This document shows, one piece after another, positions 41,301-53,540 of a stretch of 64,000 bases of DNA. The translations under genes were made by a program, and so were the position numbers. Under the pieces are notes generated by a model. The model was not told where the DNA came from. It did not search any database and saw only the letters and a program-made list of their open reading frames with translations. The first letter of the stretch is position 1. Every line of letters begins with the position of its first letter. This DNA comes from Ylistrum balloti. Taxonomy: Eukaryota. Location: NCBI RefSeq assembly GCF_031769215.1, contig NW_026781958.1:744001-808000 (forward strand). Direction: 5' to 3'.

Positions 41301-44300
41301 CTGCATCACATCAAAAGTACACGTGAACCTACAGAGAACACTTACTCAAAGTTTTGTAGAGACTGTTTACTGGTGGACACAGCAAACTGGAAATTGTCTG
41401 AGTATGCATAGGCGACCTCCATAAATATTCTGTGTTCTGCAATAAAACATATATACTTCACCATCTAAATCAAAACATATATACTTTACCATCTAAATCA
41501 AAACATATATACTTTACCACCTAAATCAAAACATATATACTTCACCATCTAAATCAAAACATATATACTTCACCATCTAAATCAAAACATATATACTTCA
41601 CCATCTAAATCAAAACATATATACTTCACCATCTAAATCAAAACATATATACTTTACCATCTAAATCAAAACATATATACTTTACCATCTAAATCAAAAC
41701 ATATATACTTTACCACCTAAGTCAACTGTTTTAATGTTTCATTGTTTTGTGATTTTTGATCACACATCAACAATGTCTTCCCCAATAGTATCAAAATTCT
41801 GTTGTGTTTATCTGCAATATAGATCTTTAGAGTGAGACATTCTACAGTAGAAGAAATAAGAACAAGTTTGTACTCATAATGCAGTCAAATGTAATTCATT
41901 TGTGACCCAAAATATTGTGATAAAAAACATAAGGTTAAAACTTCATCAGCAAAAAATAATCTGGAGAAAATTTTAAGAACCATGGCATCCATACTTACAA
42001 TAGTAACTAACCAAACACCCCAAATAGCAAGTGGTGATCACAATACCTTCCTATAAGTCTCTGTACTCACCATACATCCCTATAAGTCTCTGTACTCACC
42101 ATGCCTTCCTATAGCTCTCTGTACTCACTATACCTTCCTATAAGTCTCTGTACTCACCATGCCTTCCTATAGCTCTCTGTACTCACCATAACTTCTTATA
42201 GCTCTCTGTACTCACCATGCCTTCCTATAGCTCTCTGTACTCACCATACATTCCTATAGCTCTTTGTACTCACCATGCCTTCCTATAGCTCTCTGTACTC
42301 ACTATACATCCCTATAAGTCTCTGTACTCACTATACATCCCTATAAGTCTCTGTACTCACCATGCCTTCCTATAGCTCATTGTACTCACCATAACTTCTT
42401 ATAGCTCTCTGAACTCGCCATGCCTTCCTATAGCTCTCTGTACTCACCATACATTCCTATAGCTCTTTGTACTCACCATGCCTTCCTATAGCTCTCTGTA
42501 CTCACCATACATTCCTATAGCTCTCTGTACTCACTATACAACCTTATAGCTCTCTGTACTCACCATGCCTTCCTATAGCTCCCTGTACTCACCATACATT
42601 CCTATAGCTCTTTGTACTCACCATGCCTTCCTATAGCTCTCTGTACTCACCATACATCTCTATAGCTCTCTGTACTCACCATAACTTCTTATAGCTCTCT
42701 GTACTCACCATGCCTTCCTATAGCTCTCTGTACTCACCATACATTCCTATAGCTCTTTGTACTCACCATGCCTTCCTATAGCTCTCTGTACTCACCATAC
42801 ATTCCTATAGCTCTCTGTACTCACTATACAACCTTATAGCTCTCTGTACTCACCATGCCTTCCTATAGCTCCCTGTACTCACCATACACCCTATAGCTTT
42901 CTGTACTCACCATACATCTCTATAGCTCTCTGTATTCACCATACATCCCTACAGCTCTTTGTACTCACCATATATTCCTACAGCTCTCCGTACTCACCAT
43001 ACATTCCTATAGTTCTCTGTACTCAGTATACATCCCTACTGCTCTCTGTACTCACCATACATCCCTAAATATGTACTCACAATACCTTCCTATAGGTCTC
43101 TGTACTCACCATACATTCCTATAGCTCTCTGTACTCACCATACCTTCCTACAGCTCTCTGTACTCACCATGCCTTTCTATAGCTCTCTGTATTCACCATA
43201 CATCCCTACAGCTTTCTGTATTCACCATACCTTCCTACAGCTCTCTGTATTACCATACATCCCTAAATATGTACTCACAATACCTTCCTATAGGTCTCTG
43301 TACTCACCATACATTCCTATAGCTCTCTGTACTTACCATACCTTTCTACAGCTTTCTGTACTCACCATACCTTCCTACAGCTCTCTGTATTACCATACCT
43401 TCCTATAGGTCTCTGTACTCACCATACATCCCTATAGCTCTCTGTACTCACCATGCCTTCCTATAGCTCTCTGTACTCACCATACATCCCTATATCTGTA
43501 CTCACCATACCTTCCTATAGGTCTCTGTACTCACCATACCTTCCTATAGGTCTCTGTACTCACCATACATTCCTATAGGTCTCTGTACTCACCATACATT
43601 CCTATAGGTATCTGTACTCACCATACATTCCTACAGCTCTCCGTATGTACTCACCATCACCATACCTTCCTATAGTACTCACAATACCTTCCTCTCTGTA
43701 CTCACCATACATCCCTATATCTGTACTCACAATACCTTCCTATAGGTCTCTGTACTCAACATACATTCCTATAGCTCTCTGTACTACATCCCTATAGTTC
43801 TTTGTACTCAGTATACATCCCTACTGCTCTCTGTACTCACCATACATCCCTATATATGTACTCACAATACCTTCCTATAGGTCTCTGTACTCACCATACA
43901 TCCCTATATCTGTACTCACAATACCTTCCTATAGGTCTCTGTACTCAACATACATTCCTATAGCTCTCTGTACTCACCATACCTTCCTATAGCTCTCTGT
44001 ACTCACCATACCTCCCTACAGCTCTCTGTACACACCATACCTTCCTATAGCTCTTTGTACTCACCATACATCCCTATAGCTCTCTGTACTCACCATACAT
44101 TCCTATAGCTCTCTGTACTCACCATACCTTCCTATAGCTCTCTGTAATCACCATACATCCCTATAGCTCTCTGTACTCACTATACATCCCTATAGCTCTC
44201 TGTACTCACCATGCCTTCCTATATCTCTCTGAACTCTTCATACATTCCTACAGCTCTCTGTACTCGCAAAAAAACCTTCCTATAGCTCTCTGTACTCACT

Positions 44301-47300
44301 ATACATTCCTAAAAAAACCTTCCTATAGGTCTCTGTACTCACCATACATCCCTATAGCTCTTTGTACTCACCATACATTCCTACAGCTCTCCGTACTCAC
44401 CATACATCCCTATAGCTCTCTGTACTCACTATACATCCCTATAGCTTTCTGTACTCACTATATATCCCTATAGCTCTCTGTACTCACTATACATCTCTAT
44501 AGCTCTCTGTACTCACTATACATCCCTATAGCTCTCTGTACTCGCCATACATCCCTACAGCTCTCTGTCTTCACCATACCTTCCTACAGCTCTCTGTACT
44601 CACCATACATCCCTATATCTGTACTCACCATACCTTCCTATAGGTCTCTGTACTCACTATACCTTCCTACAGCTCTCTGTACTCACCATACATCCCTACA
44701 GCTCTCTGTACTCACCATACATCCCTATATCTGTACTCACCATACCTTCCTATAGGTCTCTGTACTCACCATACATCCCTATAGCTCTTTGTACTCACCA
44801 TACATTCTACAGCTCTCCGTACTCACCATACATCCCTATAGCTCTCTGTACTCACTATACATCCCTATAGCTCTCTGTACTCACCATACATCCCTATAGC
44901 TCTCTGTACTCACCATACCTTCCTATAGCTCTCTGTAATCACCATACATCCCTATAGCTCTCTTTACTCACTATACATCTCTATAGCTCTCTGTACTCAC
45001 TATAACATGTACACCTCATTGTACTCACCATATGTCCCTATAGCTTTCTGGAATGTGAATATAATGTCCCTGACTCCTCTACTCCTGTACTCAAAATCTT
45101 CCCTTTCTTCTCGCCTCTGTAGGATTGGAACTTCTCTCAAAAGCACTAATCTAATTTAAAAGTTCAAAAATGACATTTAAATGTTTGATGAATCTGACAT
45201 ATTGAATTCTCACCATTACAAAACATTTCCTTTTTTCTATTCTATTCTATTCATTCTTGCAATTGGTCTTCATTGAAGCAAACGGGTTCAAGAACTGCAT
45301 AAAAATTTATCTTGATTACAATCATATTTGGTTAATCCAATGCAGCTCTCTCATAACTTGTCATGTCATGGGGAAGTGGTAAAGAGTTTGAGATGCTATT
45401 CATCATCTCTGACAATGAATCATAAAGAATTTAACATTTTGTTAAGTAGTTTCAGTACTATATGTATCAGGACCTCTAACTTTTTGTTACTGAAATAATG
45501 GATGATCCTGGAGGAAAATGAGAATGAAGGGTCACAAAATGTCTGAAATAATTCAACATATTTACTGTAAAATGTTGGACATGATTGAATTAACATCAAA
45601 CATGGTTTGAAGTTCCAGCTGTAGAAGTGTGGCTCCCTGTCTGTATGTGTAGATGTTGTGTTCTGCCATTTCTGTACCACATACTTCCTCCTCAAGCTGT
45701 GACCGACAGTCAAACTGAAAGTCAACACAATTATCACAGATTAAATAAATGAAATTAGCAAAGAACTTGAAAATTTATATACATTATGAATATTTCTTCA
45801 AATCTGTTTAAAAAATCACTGATTAAATAATGTGAAATTAACACAAAATTTGAATTATGAATATTACTTCAAATCAGTTAAAAATCTGCTGATGAAATCC
45901 AAATGAATAATCGCTAAGTTTTACATCTGCAAATCATACTATGACAAATGGCTCAAACAGATGATAATGCATTTTTGTATCCATTACTACACTAAAATAT
46001 GAGGATTATTTTTACCGGACATCTTATCTCCAATGTACAACCACTTATTCGCAAGAATTGCGAGTCACTTTTACTTAAGTCTAGATACACATGAAGTCTT
46101 GAATTGAACTTTTAAAAAAAAAAGCAGCTCAGAGAATAGAGCACTGATGTACGAAACTGACTTTGATTGACATTGAGTAAAAGAAACTGACATTTAGTAA
46201 AGGAAACTGACATTGATTGAAAGAAACTGACATGTAAAAGCATGTTACAATACAAATATTATGGCTCTAGATTATTTGGTTTTAAAGGAGAAGTTATTTG
46301 AACACATGTCTGATCTCAGAGTGTCTTTGAAAGAAAACGAATTTCATTTATTTCAAACAAACTAAATAACCATTTACTCCTAAATATTTCAAGACAAGTA
46401 AAATATATCCCTTTACTTATAAGTAATGTAGAGGAAATTTAATGCCTTATTTTGTATGTGTGTTGACCGATCCTTGTGAGGAAAAAAGGAAGGGAGGCGA
46501 CTCTTCCACAACATGCAGAATCTTACCACACCAAATTTGACACCATAGACTTCTAGAAATTCAGCTGATTTGTCATATTCTTTCATGAAGGTTCGAAGTC
46601 GTGCCATGTCTGCAAAAGAATATAATTATACATGTATTAGACAAAACGAAATTCAAATAATTTTGCTATTTTCTATGTAATCATGGCCTTATTATGTGTA
46701 ATACTGTAGATTTCAAATTTCTTATGTTAACTTTGTAGTTGTATTATATATAAACTTTATTTATTTAAAACAATTGCAAAACAAGTTATCTCAACTTATA
46801 CTAATCACTATTGTTGGCCCACATTTAAACAAACCAGGGGTCTTACTGTGAGAGGAAACCAGAGCAGCCTGGGAAAACCCACATGGTTGTGCAGGTGACC
46901 CCTTACCATTTCATGTCCATTGCAGGATTCGAACCCCGGGAGGCTAGTTAAAAGGCGAGTGTGTTACCACTACCCAACCACCCAGATGTATTATGGAGAG
47001 TAAGTAAGGAGTATTGCAGCAATTATTAGGTTCAATTGTTGGCTTGTTTAGTTTATCCACCGCCAGGATCCTTCTGAGATGCGGCCTCCCTTCAGTAGCT
47101 GGTGGCTGCCTCACTGATCCACATATGGGAGACCCATCACAAGCCATCCAGAACAACTGGGTTAAATTGTCTCAACCAAGAACATAACCATAACTTAAAT
47201 GAAACTAGTTTGTTTTTCAGCTTCCTGAAAAACACAATCTGCCACAGGTAGGGTTAAATATTTCAGGGGCTTTTCTTTTAGAGGAATTAAGGGCTTTTGT

Positions 47301-50300
47301 TCATTACTAGCATTGGATAATGGGAGGGGGTGGGGCTTCTATAAAAATTAAACAAATTTGATAGAGATTTTGTTTCTGCTCCAATCTCATTATGTACATA
47401 TGATATACATTGTAGTGTATAAACATTGAAGGAGAATGAGTCAAACAAGTGTAGTATTAACAGCCATCCCAACAATCATATACAACAGGAGTATGTGAAA
47501 GAAAATATTAAATAAACCAAATTCAAGATACCTGAGAGACCTATATTGTTAAAAACGGAAAGAAGTTAAATTTTGTTGTTTACTCTCTGAGTAAACTGAC
47601 CTTGTAACAACACTTTTTAATCGCAGTATGGTACTTCATGTCTCTATTTACTACGTAAAATAACCCTCAGACAATTTTCTCAGTAATACTATATCAACAC
47701 TACAAACTAAGTAACTTCCTTCTCTCAAACAGCTTCCTTGTCTATTAAACAGAAAGGAACAAACTCACATTAATTACCATATTAAGTATTTTTCTCCCAG
47801 ATATAACAATATTCCGTGTAGGGATGTATAGTTTTTGGAGAAGGAACACTCTCCTCCAAATAGAAAAGGCATAAAAGCCTATTTTTTTGCTTTTTAATTT
47901 CTATGATAACAATTTCTATTGTTTGTATTGTTTTTCACACATATAAAACCTTGAAAATTTACATTGTATTTCAGGGACTGAGTAAGTTGCCCCCGCTGGA
48001 GCCTCACGACCATGGATATACATATATCCCCAGGCTATTGTTTTCTCAGATTAATAAAACTTATTAATGTCTGCAAAAATATGAAATTGTATTCATTGTT
48101 TGCATTTCTATAGTGATGAAAATACACCACCCATCTATCTTCTTTTTTGTTTTTGAAATCTTCATCTATCACCTTTTAAATGACAATTTTCCACAATTCA
48201 CACATCATAGAGTGTCTGTCTCGAAGTAAAAATGTAAAAACACCAAACATATGTTCTGGGTCACATTTACTACAAAAAATATATTTCGTGTATTCTTTTG
48301 TAAACCTTTGTAAACGGAATTTATTTCAGTTTCTAATTCAAAATTTTGATACTGCATTTCAGGACTGATGTAAATATTGTTTATATTGTAAAAAGAACTT
48401 ATTTTTTTTAATTTTCAACATATTCTTGTAGTTTTTTTTTAAACTCTGACATGTACACAAAATGGCTACATTATCAGACAATCAAAACTTGTGGACATGT
48501 CCTTAAAGTAAATATCAGGCAATAGTGTTGTATGCGACCTGGAAGGTTTTTTCTCCTACTGAGATGTCATTGAAATTGACAACCTCTGTAAAGAGAAGAA
48601 TTATGTTCCACGCCGCATAAATCAGATAACGTCGAGTCACAAAACATATCTATCATTTTACTGCTACCGTATTTAACTACAGACACACTCAAGGTCTGGA
48701 TTTTTATCCTTTCCTTCATTAACCTCTGTAAAAGGTATTATATGTGACTCAATGCCTTTTTTATTCAGTAATAATTCTATGTCTGGTAATAAGCCCACCA
48801 CTATATATTATCATTCGCTGTTCAGTAATATCACAACAAATGTTATTATTGTTAGGTTGTGTTTTTTAAATTTCTTTTTTGCTAATTTCAAAAATGGCAT
48901 AAAATTGAGAAAAAAATATATGCCTTGAAAATAACACTTTCAGAGAAAACATGAGTCTTTTTCAATACTGCAATAGGGCCCCAGAGGATTGGAGACTATT
49001 GTCATTCACAATACTGGTTAATCTTTGGTCATGGAAGGTATATGCAAAATTCCATTAAAGTTAGGTTAAGGATTTTTGAGAAGAATTTGAGAATGTAAAC
49101 TGTTTATTGACGCACATATACAATGCATGATACCATATAAAAGGCTATTACAGTAGGTTACTCAATACTTTGTCTCAGGTGACCTAAAAACTAGCCTTTA
49201 ATGATTTAAGTAAAACCAGAAAAAATGGAACTTTCAAACTTTCATGGTTTTGTTATACACCTAGCCCTGACTTTGAACCAGATTAATTATTGTACTGGCC
49301 CCTGGGATTATTGCAGGATGAACTACAGTACGATCAACACTTGCTCTGAATTCTATGTTCGTGACCTCCAATGCGCTAACTCTCTTGCCAACTGCATTGT
49401 GAATTCCTGTTTGTTTTTATGTTTTTACATAACAGATATTTATTAACTATTTCATTTTGTAACCATCATGGCTACCATATTGATAAGATAATATATATAA
49501 ATGTACATTGTAAAATGAAAAAAAACATAGTATCCAAAATGCAACTAATGTAAAAAAATAAACTGACTTAACATGAAGCAAAACTTTAACACAAAGTCGA
49601 CAAAGAATATCAACTTTAAACCAAAAATGAAGTCTGATTAATTACAGCAGGAGGACCTTGTATGTGAAATCACATTGAATTTCATTGGAGAAAAATACAA
49701 CAAACAAGAATGACCAGACCAATGTGAAGGGAGATGTCTAGTAACACACAAATTCAGTGAAAATCTTAATTCAACTGTGAAAGTAATCGTAAAAATGGCA
49801 TAAAATCACCAAGTTTCATCAAAGTCCTTTAACTCTTGTAGATATGAACAGATTTCAATGGTTATGAAATCCATGTGAAGTCTCATGTATGTAAACCCAC
49901 ATACCAAAGTTGGTGCAAATCCGACAGCAAAAACACTTTGAATGCCAAAAATATTTTAATACTTCCCGTATTATAATATTTTTGGCATTCAAAGTACCAT
50001 AACTCTTGCTAACATTGATGGAAGTCACTGCTTATCAAAGTCATGTGAGCTGTAATTGATATGAAACCATACATACCAAGTCTGGAGAACATTAAACTAC
50101 AAATACACAAGCTCTCACATGGAAAGTAATAACATAGTAGGTTTCATAATTCAAAGTCCCATAACTCTTGAAAATATCAACAGATTACATTAGTTATCAA
50201 ACCAATGTGAGGTCTCATGAATATAAAGCTACATACTAAATGCAAAAAGAATCAGATGACAAATACACAAGTTATTGTGCAGAAAACAAAAACAGACACA

Positions 50301-52339
50301 AGGATGGACAAGCTGATTACAATAGGGCACCTGCACCTTGATGCAGGGCTCTAATAACCAGGAATCAAAACTTTTTATTTTCTTAGTGATGTGAAATAGT
50401 ACATGTAAATGATCTGTATTACCTAACAAACACCTGAAATCTGGTATCAGTTCATATGAATGAACTTTGTACTCTAGATTATACCATCTTTTTTTAAGAG
50501 GAATACATTTTTATTGCAGTCAGTACACAAGTTCTAGTTTAGCTAGGAAACAGGTGTTTAAAGATAAAAACATTGATACCAGAAATACAGGTAAATTTTT
50601 GTTACACTAAAGTAAGCAGATTGTGTACCTGTGTTGTTGCAGGTGATTTTATGCACTGTTGATAGATAAGTCCTTGAATCTGAACATATATACAGGTATA
50701 TAATTTTCTCTAATCACACAAGAATTTGTCATCATGTAAAATTTTGTCCACTTGTTCATCATATATAGACACTAGTCCAGACTTAATGCGAGAGGTTCAG
50801 ACAGAAGAAAAGAGGTTATAATATATACAAACAAAACAAGACTGTTTATCTGTTTGTTTTCCATGCTGCTTGAGAAGGTCATTCACTGTATCTCATTTAC
50901 ATGTAATTTTCTCCAAAAAATTAATTAGAGACTTGTGGCAGCCTGTGGCTAAATTGTATGACAAGCATTTTAATTCTACTCTACCATACACAGATTACCT
51001 TAAATAACAACAAAAATATGGACTATGAAATACCTATATACAGTTTACAAACTACTTTATAGTATAAACCATACAATCATATATTTTTAGGCTCAAACTT
51101 TGTATTTCCTTTTTGTTGACAAGCTTGATTTCAAGGATAAAAATTCTAAAACTATGTTTAAAATATCTAAATTCACGGAAAAGTAATTGAAACCCTAAAA
51201 CCAAAGCTGGGGACAGGACGTTTCTGACTATATCAAGGAGAGGGATCTGTTAGGTTAAATTTTCTAGCAGTCACAATCTCCTACATCAAGGAGGGAGATC
51301 TATCAAGTTAGAATTTCTAACAGCCACAATTTCTTTCATGGATACTCTTTTTAAAAAAAGACCAAGTATGCCTTATTACCAGAAAATTACTGTAAGATAA
51401 AATCTCCTTTAACTTGAGACAGGAATCACCTAGATCAAATACAATAGTCTACACCAGGAAGTTTAAACATGTAAGAGCCAGGAAATATACAACATTTTTT
51501 TATCTATAAATTTCATTGACCAATACTGGTTGGTAGAGTATTTACCTCAACACAGTTACATGTATTCATTGTACCTATAGCTTTTCTTAAATGCAGATCT
51601 TTTCAAATTGATTGTTTAATTGTTTGGTATGAATGGAGGCCAGGTACATTAAAATGGAGGGGTCGGAAATATATAAAAACCTTCCTGATTAAATAAATCA
51701 GGACAAAAAGTATCAAAGCACACATAGAATTTATGTCCATAGGAGTCCAGTCAAAAGACTTGTTTATTAAATGGTCATACTTGTACTTTAGAAATTTCTT
51801 TGCTTCTGGTGCATGCCCCCTTTAAAATACTGGGAACACATGCACACAAAACCAGAAACTGAAACAAGAGTGAACCACTGAGATCAATGAGGATTTGAAC
51901 CAAGAACCACTGCGCTTCAGATGAGGCCACTCTAACAAAAGATTTGCCCCTGCCTCTCTATGTATTTATACCTGAATATCTATACAGCAAAGAACACAAT
52001 TAACAGTGTAATTAATATATAAGCAGAGATGGATTCAATGACATTTACTTTGGTAAATTATTTGTCATATTCATGCGATTATTCAATAGCTGCAAATGAT
52101 AAATAAACATCACAAATATTGAAAGCATATGCTCATTATATAAAAAAAGAAAGAAACTCACCTCGTTTAAAGTAATAAACAGCACGCACGTTCGCTGAGC
52201 TTCTGAATTCATCCAGTGCAATTTTATCTAAAATTCTTACATGTTCGAATTTAAATGGAAAATTATCACTTTTAACAAATTTTAAAAAATAAAGAAATAT
52301 TGTTAAATATGACAAAATGTTCATTCTCGACGGATACAT
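29331..52339 (-). CDS. TXNDC16: Thioredoxin domain-containing protein 16 (ERp90-like, non-catalytic PDI-family ER protein), 20 coding exons, 899 aa
   Basis: Exons in transcript order: 52162-52339, 46527-46609, 45566-45714, 45029-45150, 41346-41436, 40326-40473, 39542-39705, 39042-39111, 38426-38621, 37907-38056, 37178-37406, 36287-36423, 35612-35696, 34713-34857, 33248-33408, 32010-32100, 31616-31709, 30681-30803, 30321-30415, 29331-29519; total 2700 nt, all GT-AG. Hydrophobic N-terminal signal peptide. [52 protein letters not shown] and [15 protein letters not shown] match human TXNDC16 as recalled. No CxxC seen; ends HEEL-stop. Confidence 0.92.
29970..30050. repeat. 20-bp repeat x4, TXNDC16 intron 19
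   Basis: Unit tttcagaccacctgaactg with small variants. Confidence 0.8.
31196..31411. repeat. ~41-bp degenerate repeat (~5 copies) carrying GTAAGT on the TXNDC16 sense strand, intron 17
   Basis: Unit gactaacttactactaaaaatagatcccccacaccttgggg. Confidence 0.75.
32327..32685. repeat. 59-bp minisatellite (6 near-identical copies), TXNDC16 intron 15
   Basis: Unit catcaacatctggattccgtggttttatcgtaggttgacatgttagctaggctagccgt. Confidence 0.95.
33545..34718 (-). repeat. 57/63-bp satellite (~20 copies) built on the TXNDC16 exon-14 donor AGAATG|GTAGGT
   Basis: Plus-strand ctacctaccattct recurs about 20 times, the last being the real donor at 34712. Unit length varies through a 6-bp GGTCAA/GATCAA sub-repeat. 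Confidence 0.93.
39268..39392 (+). repeat. G-rich (GGGGTGGGGGAT)n tract, potential G-quadruplex, TXNDC16 intron 7
   Basis: About 20 runs of 3-6 G separated by 1-3 nt loops, in an otherwise AT-rich region. Confidence 0.9.
40507..40665. repeat. 53-bp repeat x3, ~30 nt upstream of the TXNDC16 exon-6 acceptor
   Basis: aataaatactagatctggtatccaacagacc at 40509, 40562 and 40615. Confidence 0.88.
41444..41720. repeat. 28-bp minisatellite (~10 copies) abutting the TXNDC16 exon-5 acceptor
   Basis: Unit caaaacatatatactttaccatctaaat. Confidence 0.93.
42045..45050 (-). repeat. ~3-kb 29-bp satellite (~100 copies) derived from the TXNDC16 exon-4/intron-4 junction
   Basis: Minus-strand unit GCTATAGGAATGTATG|GTGAGTACAGAGA versus the real junction AAAGCTATAGGGACATATG|GTGAGTACA at 45029/45028. 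Confidence 0.96.
46835..46985 (-). mobile_element. tRNA-derived SINE (V/Meta-domain-like), 5' part
   Basis: Minus strand reads GGGTGGTTGGGTAGTGGTAACAC (A box) ... GGTTCGAATCC (B box) ... GTGGGTTTTCCCAGGCTGCTCTGGTTTCCTCTCACAG, resembling the conserved GGGTTTTCTCCGGGTACTCCGGTTTCCTCCCAC SINE domain. Confidence 0.7.
47040..47190 (-). mobile_element. CORE-type SINE relic, copy 3
   Basis: cagtagctggtggct...catcacaagccatccagaacaactgggttaaattgtctcaaccaagaacataac. Confidence 0.5.
49700..50362 (+). mobile_element. HINE-like repeat with an internal long hairpin, TXNDC16 intron 1
   Basis: Recurring cataccaa(a)gt, cataactcttg and aagtttcatcaa motifs, and a GC-rich terminal stem gggcacctgca...tgcagggctc. 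Family assignment is inferred. Confidence 0.4.
49935..49995. repeat. 28-bp inverted repeat (1 mismatch, 5-nt loop)
   Basis: actttgaatgccaaaaatattttaatac-ttccc-gtattataatatttttggcattcaaagt. Confidence 0.92.
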
Positions 52340-52611
52340 CTTTGCAGTTCCCTCTCGTCTACTATGAGCACCTGTTGTTTGTCATGAAGAGAATGACAGC
52401 TGTTTGACAGCTTTACCGGTTTTTTTACCGTACACAGGTAAATATGTCAGCTAAAGCCATCAGTAATGTGAGCTGTAAAGTTTTCCTAGGTACCGAAATG
52501 TAAACACATATCACACATTCCTATTCGAGACGCTGAATGCTTGAGTACGTCTGCTCTGGCGGAATAACTACAGTTAATAGGACTTAACATAAATTACATA
52601 CGAGACACACG

Positions 52612-52620
52612 ACCGGAAGT
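52612..52620 (+). promoter_or_regulatory. ETS (GABP/ELK-type) motif ACCGGAAGT in the CpG-richer TXNDC16 upstream region
   Basis: Exact consensus about 275 nt upstream of the ATG; motif match only. Confidence 0.35.
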
Positions 52621-53112
52621 AAACAAAGTTTACATTAGTTGGTGCGGGGTGAAATTGATGCACAAACAAGAATAGACCGTGCACACTAAAACTCGAACAA
52701 TATTAATCCGTGATTTTCACAAAGTATATAAATGTTAAATGGTAAACAATCGATAAAAATATATTTCGTCCTGACATAAATAGTTTGTATAAATGTTTTC
52801 ATCATTAGGTGACTGATATCCACTCCCAGGTTCCACACATGAGGTGTGTGCTGTGATCCCTAAGCCTACTTGGATCAGTAAGTGTTTTTAATTAATCTCA
52901 GATCACAGATTTTCACTTTTCTGTGCTGTCATAGTTGTGTCCTGGTACAAAAACTCTTGCTTCAAATGTTCTATATAGCATGTGGCCTCCAGCATGATGT
53001 TCAGTGTGGGTACCAACTAGTTGTGCAATCCTGGCTTTTCACAGGAGAGTAATTATATATAGAAGCGCATCAAACATAAGTTTTTAGTCATATTACATGT
53101 ATAGATCTTTTC

Positions 53113-53236
53113 TTTGAAATCTTTCCTGTATCTCTGCCATTAAAGTCTTACTTGTAGCATGTCAGTTTGAAATCTTTCCCGTATCTCTCTGCCATTAAAG
53201 TCTTACTTGTAGCATGTCAGTTTGAAATCTTTCCTG
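53113..53236. repeat. ~55-bp tandem duplication
   Basis: tttgaaatctttcc...gccattaaagtcttacttgtagcatgtcag repeated. Confidence 0.8.
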
Positions 53237-53540
53237 TTTCTGAAGTTCGTCAAAGTTATGATTGTTGCCACATAAAAGAGACTACTGACATATTTCCCCT
53301 TTTTCTTCAATCCTTGACATGAAGCCATATGTTTTAATTCATTTGCATATATTTCCATCCGATACATAATTATCCTGTTTGTAATTTAAGAGTTATTGCC
53401 CTTTTTTCCATATTAAGACTTCTACCTATTCTTGTCTAGATTTTACAGCCTAAATTGTCCGATTTGAATAGATTAATCTGATATTGACTATATATAAAAT
53501 GACATGATATTATAACAAACAATAATCATATATTTCACTG

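Noticed and set aside
42045-45028. Satellite units as AG/GT-flanked 19-nt micro-exons or recursive splice sites
   Set aside because: Each unit has TACAG after the donor but no polypyrimidine tract, and AG and GT are not juxtaposed as in recursive sites.
46920-46985. tRNA gene (A and B boxes present)
   Set aside because: No convincing cloverleaf, and it continues into a SINE conserved domain, so it is called a SINE head.
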